Origin: Vicinamibacterales bacterium
Lineage (GTDB): Bacteria > Acidobacteriota > Vicinamibacteria > Vicinamibacterales > UBA2999
Length of the DNA: 64,000 nt
Direction of reading: 5' to 3'
NCBI GenBank assembly: GCA_030680175.1
Contig: JAUXWO010000123.1
Coordinates: 68,328-132,327, forward strand
The translations under genes were made by a program, and so were the position numbers. The notes below the pieces were generated by a model. That model had not been told where the DNA came from. It saw only the letters and a list, made by a program, of their open reading frames with translations, and did no database searches. Positions 47,849-55,738 of this stretch are shown piece after piece. Numbering within the stretch: position 1 is the first letter of the stretch; every line of letters begins with the position of its first letter.

Positions 47849-49015
47849 TCAGGGACGCTCGAGACAGACGAGCGAGGGAAGGGTTCTGGCGACCTCACGC
47901 ACGTAGGCCGCGCGCGAGCGGCAGCCGGCTTTGCTCAAGACCTGCTTGCAGTACCACGCCGCGGTCTGCTCGGTGTACCGCAGCTCGTCGGCGATTTCCT
48001 TCGTGCTCCGGCCCATCGCGAGGAGGACAGCCACCTGCGCCTCGGCGGCGCTGAACCCGTAGTACGCCGCGAGACACGTGCGGTCCGGCGGCCGGTCGTG
48101 GGCGGGATCCACGACGTACACGAGGGCCGCGACGCTGTCGGCGACCGCGACGAGTGACGTGGTCCGCATCGGCGATACCAGGGCCTGCAGCGGACGGTCG
48201 CCTGAGGCGCGAGGCAGCAGGAGCCACCCTCCCCCGCCCGTCCCTTCGCCCTTCGTCGTGCCGGCGCACGCCCGGCACAGGCAGCGAAGCGCGCCGGTTG
48301 TCTGCGGCGTCTCTGCGCGGAGGTGCCCGCGATCCAGCCGGAGCCCGTCACCTGCGTTCATCAGCGCGACCGCGGCGCCGTTGGCGTGGACGACCCGCCC
48401 ATCGGCGGTCACGAGAAGCACCGCCGCAGGCACCCGTTCGAGCGCGTCGAGTGCGGCCAGCCGGTCGTGACGAGCGTTAGCGCCGAGCTGGTGCAAGCGG
48501 AGCGCGCGGGCCGCATGTGGCGCCGCCGCGCCGAGGAAGCGGAGTTCGTCCCGGCCGAACGGGCGGTCCTCGTGCGCCCGCATCACGGAGATGCCCGAGA
48601 ACGCGCCACCGGGCCGGCTGAAGGCCAGCGTCATGAGCCGTGCGATGCCGAACCGCAGGCCGAAGTCGTGGTGATACTCGGTGCCGACGACGTCCCCGTA
48701 GGGCACGAGCATCTCATCCGACACCGGCCGGCCCGGCGTGGCCAGGAGCGGCGCGCGGGGACTCAGCGCCCGCGGGTCGATACGGCAGAAGTGCTCGATA
48801 TAGAGCCGCGCCGCCTCGGGATCGTTGCGCGCGTCGGCGCCGATGGAGGCATGGCCCCGCAGGTCGTGAAAGAGGAGCGCCACGGCGCGTCCGCCGACGG
48901 CGTCCGCGAGCCGCTCGAGGAACCGGCGCCAGTCGTCCGGTTCCTCGGCTGCTTGATAGGCGAGGTCGATGATGGCCAGGAGCTCGTCACGAAAGCGCGC
49001 GCGGGATCGCAGCAT
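47849..49015 (-). CDS. LuxR-family transcriptional regulator (C-terminal HTH, uncharacterised N-terminal sensor region)
   Basis: 388 aa. The C-terminal LuxR HTH reads FSAAEAQVAVLLAMGRSTKEIADELRYTEQTAAWYCKQVLSKAG. Confidence 0.8.
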   Translation of the reverse strand: MLRSRARFRDELLAIIDLAYQAAEEPDDWRRFLERLADAVGGRAVALLFHDLRGHASIGADARNDPEAARLYIEHFCRIDPRALSPRAPLLATPGRPVSDEMLVPYGDVVGTEYHHDFGLRFGIARLMTLAFSRPGGAFSGISVMRAHEDRPFGRDELRFLGAAAPHAARALRLHQLGANARHDRLAALDALERVPAAVLLVTADGRVVHANGAAVALMNAGDGLRLDRGHLRAETPQTTGALRCLCRACAGTTKGEGTGGGGWLLLPRASGDRPLQALVSPMRTTSLVAVADSVAALVYVVDPAHDRPPDRTCLAAYYGFSAAEAQVAVLLAMGRSTKEIADELRYTEQTAAWYCKQVLSKAGCRSRAAYVREVARTLPSLVCLERP

Positions 49016-49253
49016 GACGCTGCAAGAGACGGACGCGGGCGTCAGATTCCGAGCTGTGGTGCGAGCTGGAGCATTCCTTCCAAGCGATGGCCGTCTCGGA
49101 CCTGCGAGGTGGCTCGCATCAGGAGAGTCCGGATCGTGCCGTCAGTTGTCACGGGTCGACGACGGCAGGAGTTTCCTCACGAGAGCGCAAGACGCGTCCC
49201 CTGTTTCTCACAGCAGGAGAGTGGCGCGAAGCGAGTACTTGTCGGTATTGCCC

Positions 49254-49769
49254 TCACTCTGATGAGCACTTCCCTGCCTCCTCTACAACCCACTTGTGAA
49301 CGTCTTCTACGTCGATGCGGACGTACACGAAGGGGTCGCCGCAGTTCTCCGAACTATCGTGCCGGCTTGCAACGGCGAACTGCGCTCCGGGCCCCGCCTC
49401 CAGCGCAGGTCCACCACTGTCGCCCTTGCAAGCCACCTGGCGGCCTGATCTTGCTACGAACGTGTTGTCTTCAATCCTCGTCACACGGGACCAGCCCCAC
49501 GAGAGGTTGCTGGCACCTTGACCATAGCCCGCGACGAGAAAGTAGGAGCTCTGACCAGTGTCGAGCTTCCCGGACACGCCGGCTCCAACCCCAAGCCAAC
49601 CGTTCACGCAAAGAATGGCCAAATCCAGGCTGCCATGACGTACGACACCCCGGACTTCGACGTTGTTCAGTCTCCGTCCCACACGGCTACGCCGTCCACA
49701 CCAACGCGCGCGCGGGCCCGGGGGGCAGGCCGACGCGGGGATTATGGTCGAGGTGCGCACCCCGCGCAA
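49254..49769 (-). pseudogene. trypsin-like (S1) serine protease remnant
   Basis: Contains DLAIL (Asp102-like) and ACKGDSGGP (Ser195 motif). There is no signal peptide and no in-frame TAAHC His motif. A different frame upstream reads ..LVWTA*PCG, which resembles a disrupted ..LTAAHC. Confidence 0.5.
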
Positions 49770-49832
49770 GCGGGATGCACGCTTTTTGGCGCAGGTACCC
49801 CATTCGACGGGACAGATCTCGGCGCGAAGGAT

Positions 49833-50021
49833 TCACCCTGTCGTGCACTCTGTGACCATGGCACGCCAGCAGGCCGTCAGCGCCGGGTGATCTCGGCGAA
49901 CACAAGGTTCCGCGAGCCGCTCGAGGAACCGGCGCCAGTCGTCCGGTTCCTCGGCGGCTTGATAGGCCAGATCGATGACGGCGAGGAGTTCCTCACGAAC
50001 GCGCGCACGCGATCGAAGCAT
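49833..50021 (-). pseudogene. truncated duplicate of the LuxR-regulator 5' end
   Basis: MLRSRARVREELLAVIDLAYQAAEEPDDWRRFLERLAE matches the first 38 aa of the 47849..49015 product (MLRSRARFRDELLAIIDLAYQAAEEPDDWRRFLERLAD). It then diverges and stops. Confidence 0.65.
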
Positions 50022-50198
50022 GACGCTGCAAGAGACGGACGGCGAGGGCGCTCCTGACACGTCTCACCTGAGCTGTTGAGCGACTCACGGAATCTGGGTC
50101 GCGCCACGGTGGACAGGGGGTCGTCGCCGGCGACCGGGAAGAATCCGGTGCCCCAGGAGGGTGGATCAGGCCGTCTTGTCCCGAACAACCGTTGAGGG

Positions 50199-51059
50199 AT
50201 GCCGGCTTCCGCCGACACGCAGGTATATGCTGGGCCGTCCGAACTCGGAGGAACCGCCGTGGTCTACCGCTTGGCAGTGGGAATTTCGGTGCTCCTGATG
50301 GTCGGTGTCGCCGAGGGCTGTCACACTTGGGAGCCAGACGCAGACACGCGGGACCTGGTCCTCCCCTTCGTCGGCGCCGTGCCCTATCCTCCCGCCGGCC
50401 TGCAGTCCACCTGCCCGCAGGAACGATTGAGCCTGCTCGTCGCAATCACGAAGACGCCCGCGATGTCGGGCTACAACGGCGATCACGTCCAGCGCGCTGT
50501 GACACGGCTCAACAGGGCCCTCAGCAATTCGCGGCTGAACTGGTCGGTAGAGGTCACCACGAGAATCAACGTCCAAGATCCCGACGACAGTGCGTCGATG
50601 AAAGACATCCACACGGAGCTGGAGTCAGGCGGCGGCAGATGGGCATATCTACTGCAACCCCGCCAGGCCGACTTGTTCGCCATTGCCGTCGGTGGGCGAC
50701 CAAAGGACTACCACGGAGTGGCGAGGATTGCCGCCGGACCGAACACGGCCGTCACCGTCATTCACGCTGACCAGGCATTCGACGATAAAGCCATCGGGCT
50801 GGCACACGAGTTCGGTCACCTGGCAGGCATCCGCCACCAAGATGATCCCGAGGAGATTCCGGACAGGCAGGGCCACGCCTATGCGACCAAGCTGAACCGC
50901 ACGGTAACGGGTGCGCCTGGCCCTCGGAGCCTGTTCTTCTCTCACCCTCCCGATCACGGGACCGAGGATTGGAGCAACGCTGTCGCGGTCATGCAGAAGA
51001 CCTTGCCCTACCTGGCCGGGTTTCACTGCGAGTCCATGGCTGAGGCCGCGGCACCCTGA
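50199..51059 (+). CDS. metzincin-type zinc metalloprotease
   Basis: 286 aa with an N-terminal hydrophobic segment (VVYRLAVGISVLLMVGVAEGC). The extended zinc motif HEFGHLAGIRH (HExxHxxGxxH) is present. Confidence 0.7.
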   Translation: MPASADTQVYAGPSELGGTAVVYRLAVGISVLLMVGVAEGCHTWEPDADTRDLVLPFVGAVPYPPAGLQSTCPQERLSLLVAITKTPAMSGYNGDHVQRAVTRLNRALSNSRLNWSVEVTTRINVQDPDDSASMKDIHTELESGGGRWAYLLQPRQADLFAIAVGGRPKDYHGVARIAAGPNTAVTVIHADQAFDDKAIGLAHEFGHLAGIRHQDDPEEIPDRQGHAYATKLNRTVTGAPGPRSLFFSHPPDHGTEDWSNAVAVMQKTLPYLAGFHCESMAEAAAP

Positions 51060-51073
51060 GCCGTTCTGGAGTA

Positions 51074-51853
51074 TCAGAACCGGAGCGGCCGACACTCATC
51101 CGGGTTGGCTGGCGGGTCGCCCCCTAGTCCAGCGGCGGGCGAGGGTCCACGAACCACTGCCGGGCGCCTCTTGGCATCCACCATCTCGTAGTAGATCTCG
51201 AAGTGGCCGCGTGAACTCGCAGCACCGGCACTCAGGTTCGAGATGACGATCGGTTCATCGAGCGGCTTTGCCACGCTCACGGCCTCTCGGCCACCATCGG
51301 CCGAGAGGAAGCTGATCTGCACAGGAAACCTGCCGCACGAGAGCGTCCAGAGAGCACGGTCGGCTTCTGATCTGTACTCCTGGTACAAGCGACACTCCTT
51401 CCCCATGTTGTCTTCGTCGTATTCAACCCACTCGTAGTCGATCTTCAGCTTGGCGATCTCCTTGCTCTCGAGGCGGCCGTGGGTGAGATGGACGGTCGCC
51501 GTGACCGGGCGCACATCCTCGGACACCAGCTTCGTGGCCTTCGCGATGTATCGAAGCTTTCCAAGCGAATCGATTTCCGGCGCTTCCCACCCACCAAGGT
51601 CTCCAACGAACTTGACGTCCCCTCGCAGGAACCACCCCGCGTACTCGCTGGTGGACCCGCCACGGGTCACGGTGAAGTGAGGGGTTCCCCTGAGTCCCTC
51701 GTGATCGAGAACCAGCAGGACGGCACTGTGCTCGGGCCCACCGACAGCTCGCGCCGACAGCAGCGCGACGTCGGCGCCCGTGGTGCCGCCGTTCTCCTCG
51801 CGTGGCACGATCAGGCACAGCCCGGCGAACTCAATCCTCAGATCGTTGGTCAT
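51074..51853 (-). CDS. hypothetical cytoplasmic protein, unknown family (downstream partner of CHAT gene)
   Basis: AAGGAGGAGGG precedes the ATG at 51853 (MTNDLRIEFAGLCLIVPREENGG..), which lies 23 nt after the CHAT stop. The protein is 259 aa with no signal peptide and no motif I recognise. Confidence 0.6.
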   Translation of the reverse strand: MTNDLRIEFAGLCLIVPREENGGTTGADVALLSARAVGGPEHSAVLLVLDHEGLRGTPHFTVTRGGSTSEYAGWFLRGDVKFVGDLGGWEAPEIDSLGKLRYIAKATKLVSEDVRPVTATVHLTHGRLESKEIAKLKIDYEWVEYDEDNMGKECRLYQEYRSEADRALWTLSCGRFPVQISFLSADGGREAVSVAKPLDEPIVISNLSAGAASSRGHFEIYYEMVDAKRRPAVVRGPSPAAGLGGDPPANPDECRPLRF

Positions 51854-51876
51854 TGACGCCCTCCTCCTTGACACCT

Positions 51877-54800
51877 TCATCCCAATGGTTCGTGCACGAC
51901 GAACGCCGCCCACACCGACACATCCGCGTCGCGTTCGCGCGCGAACTCCATCTGTGTCTCACGTAACGCCGCCGCGGCCGACTGCCCGCGCGCCAGGTGC
52001 CTGTGCAGCGCTACCATGAACGGCTCGGTTCCGGCATCTGGCACATCCCACAACGCCCCGATCACGGCTCCCGGTCCCGCCGCCAGAAACTGCGTCGTCA
52101 AGGCCAGCGGGCTGTGAGGTCGGGCGTCGGACACTGCCGTGCTGCAGGCCGCGAGTACGACAACGTCGACACCAGACAGCTCCAACGTGAGCAGTTCTTC
52201 GCCGCGCAGGCTCGCCCCTTCATCCACCCCTGCCAGCAGGACACGTGATCGCGACCCGTCGTCTGAATCGACGAGCGAGTGCACGGCCATGTGAACGACG
52301 TCTGCGGCCCCGACGCTAGCTCGAAGGGCCGCCGACGTGGCCTCGCGACCGAGCAGCACCTTCGCGATCGGATACAGCTCCCCCACCTGGCGGGCCTCCT
52401 CTTCGGCGCCACGTAACGCCGGCAGTCCGAGCCGCGACGCGTCCGCAGAGACCGGGTTGGCCAGCACGAGGGCGACATGGCGAGACCGTCCACTGGCGGC
52501 TCGCACGGGCGACAGGGCGAGGTGCTCCACGACGCTGACCTCCGCCCGCACAAGGATCCGCTCCCCGGTCACTCGGTCGGTCAGCGCCGGAAACGGCACG
52601 CCATCGATAGGCCAGTCCGGACAGACGATCAGACGCCTCGTGGTCGACCAGTCAATCGGCAACTGCGCGATCAGGAGGTCGTTCAGAACTCGTAACTGCG
52701 CTTCGACAGCGGAAGCGTCGGACCGCGCCACGTCGCGGCGAAGCCGCTCGACGATCCGCTGGAGGTCGGCTCGGGTTGCGGGCAGCCGTGTTTCTGTAAT
52801 CTGCCGCGCGGTTACGGTCCAGGCCACTGTCTCGTCCGGCAACACCGCGTAGTACACGAGTGTGGCCTCCGCGCCAAGGCGAGCGGTGACCGCCTCCCAG
52901 TCGCTCACACCTCGAAGGGGCGAGTACATCGTGCGCACGGCATCAACGAAGCGCAGGCGGGCCTGGGCAGACAGCGAATCCTGCGCGGTCGCGAGGATCA
53001 TGTCGACCCAGGTTCTGGCGCCTGTGAGGTCGGGCGACCCGAACAGTGTCTGAACATCGTCGCGGCGGCGGCGATCGAGCAGGGCGAGTGCCTGTGCGAT
53101 GTCATCTTCGGCCCCTGACTCGGCCGAGGCCAAGGCCCGTACGTACGCACGGATGAGAAGCGCATCGGCTTGCTGTAGCTCTCTCCCGTGCGTGGTGCCA
53201 AGCAGGACGAGTGCTTCAGTGGCCCATGCCTCGGACGCGACGGTGTCAGCCTGCGCGGCCGCCACGCGTGCGCGCATCGTGACGTGTGCGGCACGCAGGG
53301 TGTCGTACCTCGGGTCGGTGCGAAGCTGTTCGAGGGCTTCACCGGCCCGATGCAGATACCTCAGGCCGTCGTCCAGCCGGCCCTGAGCGAGGGCGACGGC
53401 CACCTGGCGACTGGCCATCGTCAGCACCGATGCCGGAGCGATGCCACTGGCATTGACGGCTGCCTGGGCATCAAGGACAACCGATGCGGCGCCGAGCAGA
53501 TTCTGCCTGACCAGGACCGATGCCAAGGCCCCGTATACCGAGTGCTGGAGCCGATGGTCCCCCGTCTCCGCGGCGAGATCCAGCGCCCTGATCCTGGCAG
53601 CAAACGCTTCGCGCTCGCGCCCGAGATAGTGATGCACCTCGGCCATCTGATTGAGCAACCGTCCGGTCAGGACGCGTTCGGCAGTCTGCTCCGCCAGGAC
53701 AAGCGCGTCGCCCAGACGCCTCAGCCCGCCCGTGAAGTCCCCCTCACTGACCTCAAGCACGGCTTCAGTCCACCGCACGTGTCCCAACAGGACGGCATAG
53801 CCGGCTCGTGACGCCTGCGTCCCCGTGGACGACAGGCGTGTCCGCGCATCACCGTACCGGCGCGACTGGTAGTCGATGGCAGCGAGTTGATACTCACACC
53901 ACAATGCGTATGGGCTGTCGTGCAGGCGAAAAGCTGCACGTGCCCGCTTGAACAGGGCGATAGCCTCCATCAGCCGATCGCGGTCACGCGCGACAGCGCC
54001 CGCGGCATAGTCCCGGTGTGCCTGCTGAAGCTCCTCGCGGTCAGAACGCTGAAGGCCCCTGAGGCGTTCCGCGGCCTCCCGGAGCATCGGGTCACGCGTC
54101 GCCTGGTGGTGCCGAATTGCGAGAGCGTCGAACGACGCCTCCACCGAGTCCTTGGAGGTCGCTGACAACCAACCATGCTCTGCGGCGACACGCACGCGAT
54201 CCGGACTGTCTGCCGCGTGGTCCGCCTGAGAAAGGAGGCGGCTCTGTCGCGCAATGGCTTCACTTGCCCATCCGACGGAACTCTCCAGAGCCAGGTACGC
54301 CTGCCACGCGTCGTGCGCGTGTACCCGGAGGTGCAGTGACTCCAGAATGACCGCGCGGTTGAAGTGCGCCTCGACGTGTCGGGGCGAGATCGCAAGCGCA
54401 GCCTCGACGGCCTCGAGTGCGTGCACGAGCGTGCTCGAATCTCCCGTCTCCGCTCCTCTGGCCAGCAGGGCAGCCGAGAGGTCACTGAGCAGCGAGGGGT
54501 CCTCCGGCCAGTCGAAGGCGGCGTCGCGAAGGACCTGCAGGGCATCATCGGCGCGGCCCAAGAGCAGCAGCGCGCTACCCCAGATCCGCGATGCACGAGG
54601 TGACGGCCGGCGGGTCGCCATGTCCTCCGCCTCGACGGCTGCGGCGAGCAGCGCCACCTGATGCCCCGGGTCGATGACGCCAGTCCGCCGTGCAACGGGC
54701 ATCGGCGCATGGGTGAACCCGCCAGTCAGGCGCCCCAAGGACGGCCGGTGTCCTGCGGCAGCACGTGCGAGCCGGTCCGCGACGGCGTCGGGCGAGCCCC

Positions 54801-54924
54801 TCCCGTCACACAGCAGTCGCGCACCGAGCAGGCCGAGAGACACCAGTCCCACCAACACTAGGACGGCCACGGGTACCCAGCTACGGGCGGCGCGGCGCCG
54901 CAGGGTGAGTCGCGTGGTCCTCAT
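51877..54924 (-). CDS. membrane-anchored TPR-repeat CHAT-domain (caspase-like) protease
   Basis: The likely start ATG at 54924 overlaps the upstream stop (ATGA): MRTTRLTLRRRAARSWVPVAVLVLVGLVSLGLLG. A long TPR-like region follows. The C-terminal CHAT domain has VVHMAVHS (His) and VVVLAACSTA (Cys). Confidence 0.85.
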   Translation of the reverse strand: MRTTRLTLRRRAARSWVPVAVLVLVGLVSLGLLGARLLCDGRGSPDAVADRLARAAAGHRPSLGRLTGGFTHAPMPVARRTGVIDPGHQVALLAAAVEAEDMATRRPSPRASRIWGSALLLLGRADDALQVLRDAAFDWPEDPSLLSDLSAALLARGAETGDSSTLVHALEAVEAALAISPRHVEAHFNRAVILESLHLRVHAHDAWQAYLALESSVGWASEAIARQSRLLSQADHAADSPDRVRVAAEHGWLSATSKDSVEASFDALAIRHHQATRDPMLREAAERLRGLQRSDREELQQAHRDYAAGAVARDRDRLMEAIALFKRARAAFRLHDSPYALWCEYQLAAIDYQSRRYGDARTRLSSTGTQASRAGYAVLLGHVRWTEAVLEVSEGDFTGGLRRLGDALVLAEQTAERVLTGRLLNQMAEVHHYLGREREAFAARIRALDLAAETGDHRLQHSVYGALASVLVRQNLLGAASVVLDAQAAVNASGIAPASVLTMASRQVAVALAQGRLDDGLRYLHRAGEALEQLRTDPRYDTLRAAHVTMRARVAAAQADTVASEAWATEALVLLGTTHGRELQQADALLIRAYVRALASAESGAEDDIAQALALLDRRRRDDVQTLFGSPDLTGARTWVDMILATAQDSLSAQARLRFVDAVRTMYSPLRGVSDWEAVTARLGAEATLVYYAVLPDETVAWTVTARQITETRLPATRADLQRIVERLRRDVARSDASAVEAQLRVLNDLLIAQLPIDWSTTRRLIVCPDWPIDGVPFPALTDRVTGERILVRAEVSVVEHLALSPVRAASGRSRHVALVLANPVSADASRLGLPALRGAEEEARQVGELYPIAKVLLGREATSAALRASVGAADVVHMAVHSLVDSDDGSRSRVLLAGVDEGASLRGEELLTLELSGVDVVVLAACSTAVSDARPHSPLALTTQFLAAGPGAVIGALWDVPDAGTEPFMVALHRHLARGQSAAAALRETQMEFARERDADVSVWAAFVVHEPLG

Positions 54925-55688
54925 TTGGGCGGGTCGCTCCGCAGGCCGAGTCGGCGCTGCGCCTCGGCCGCCCACTCGGAATCCTGATCCCACCGGAGGT
55001 ACCGTTGCCACGCGGCCTGACTCTCGAAACCCCTATCAATCGCTTCCAGTGCCAAGGCTTCCGTGAACAGAGCTTCCGCCATGGACGGCTCGAGTCCCCT
55101 CGCCAATCGGGCCGCATCCAGCGCCGCCTGCCAGTCTTCGGGGTTGCCAGTGTGTGCTGCGCGGGCCGCCAACGCAGCGGCGAGGTCTGCTCGGTAGCGG
55201 GGCGCCGTCGGGTCCGCTCCGACTACGGCGCGGAGCGTATGGACCGCGTCGTCGTATCGTTCAAGCAGCAGCTGCGCGACGCCCCACGCGTGAAGGTTCT
55301 CCGGCGTCGGATCCGCGTCCGCCGCCTTCTGCAGTTCCCCCGCCGCCGCCAGCAGCGCCAGGTTCGCGGTCTGCACGCCGCTCCCCGACCGCGTCGCCGA
55401 CCGCAGTGGGCCGTACCTGAACCCGCCCGTCAGCCGCGGCTCGACGTACCGCTGCTCACCGACGGCTTCGACGAGTGCCGCGAAGCGTGGATCGACATCG
55501 CTCCCGCCCAGCCACGCCGGCACCCGTTCGGGCGCCACCCGCGCGACGAGCAGCAGCGACGCCGCCAGCGCCAGCCCGGCACCACCCGCCGCCAGCCACC
55601 GCCGCGCCCCGTGCACCCTGGGCACCCTGGGCACCCTAAGCACCTTGGGCACCTCGGGCACCTCGGGCACCCCGGGCACCCCGGGCAC
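54921..55688 (-). CDS. membrane-anchored TPR-like protein, paralog of the CHAT protein N-terminal module
   Basis: It is colinear with the CHAT N-terminus (RLTGGFRYGPL/RLTGGFTHAPM; ALLAAA; DLAAALAARAAHTG/DLSAALLARGAETG; AWQRYL/AWQAYL). The start is uncertain. All candidates are GTG codons inside or next to the nonamer array, for example 55616 (VHGARRWLAAGGAGLALAASLLLV). Confidence 0.7.
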   Translation of the reverse strand: MPGVPGVPEVPEVPKVLRVPRVPRVHGARRWLAAGGAGLALAASLLLVARVAPERVPAWLGGSDVDPRFAALVEAVGEQRYVEPRLTGGFRYGPLRSATRSGSGVQTANLALLAAAGELQKAADADPTPENLHAWGVAQLLLERYDDAVHTLRAVVGADPTAPRYRADLAAALAARAAHTGNPEDWQAALDAARLARGLEPSMAEALFTEALALEAIDRGFESQAAWQRYLRWDQDSEWAAEAQRRLGLRSDPPK

Positions 55689-55700
55689 CCTGTGCCCCCC
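55611..55700. repeat. tandem nonamer array (GGGCACCYN)x10
   Basis: The period is exactly 9 nt: gtgcaccct gggcaccct gggcaccct aagcacctt gggcacctc gggcacctc gggcacccc gggcacccc gggcaccct gtgcccccc. It lies in the divergent region between the TPR-anchor gene and the VWA gene. Confidence 0.9.
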
Positions 55701-55738
55701 GAATCCCTGATAGTCTTCGGGGAATCGGGAAGGACCCC

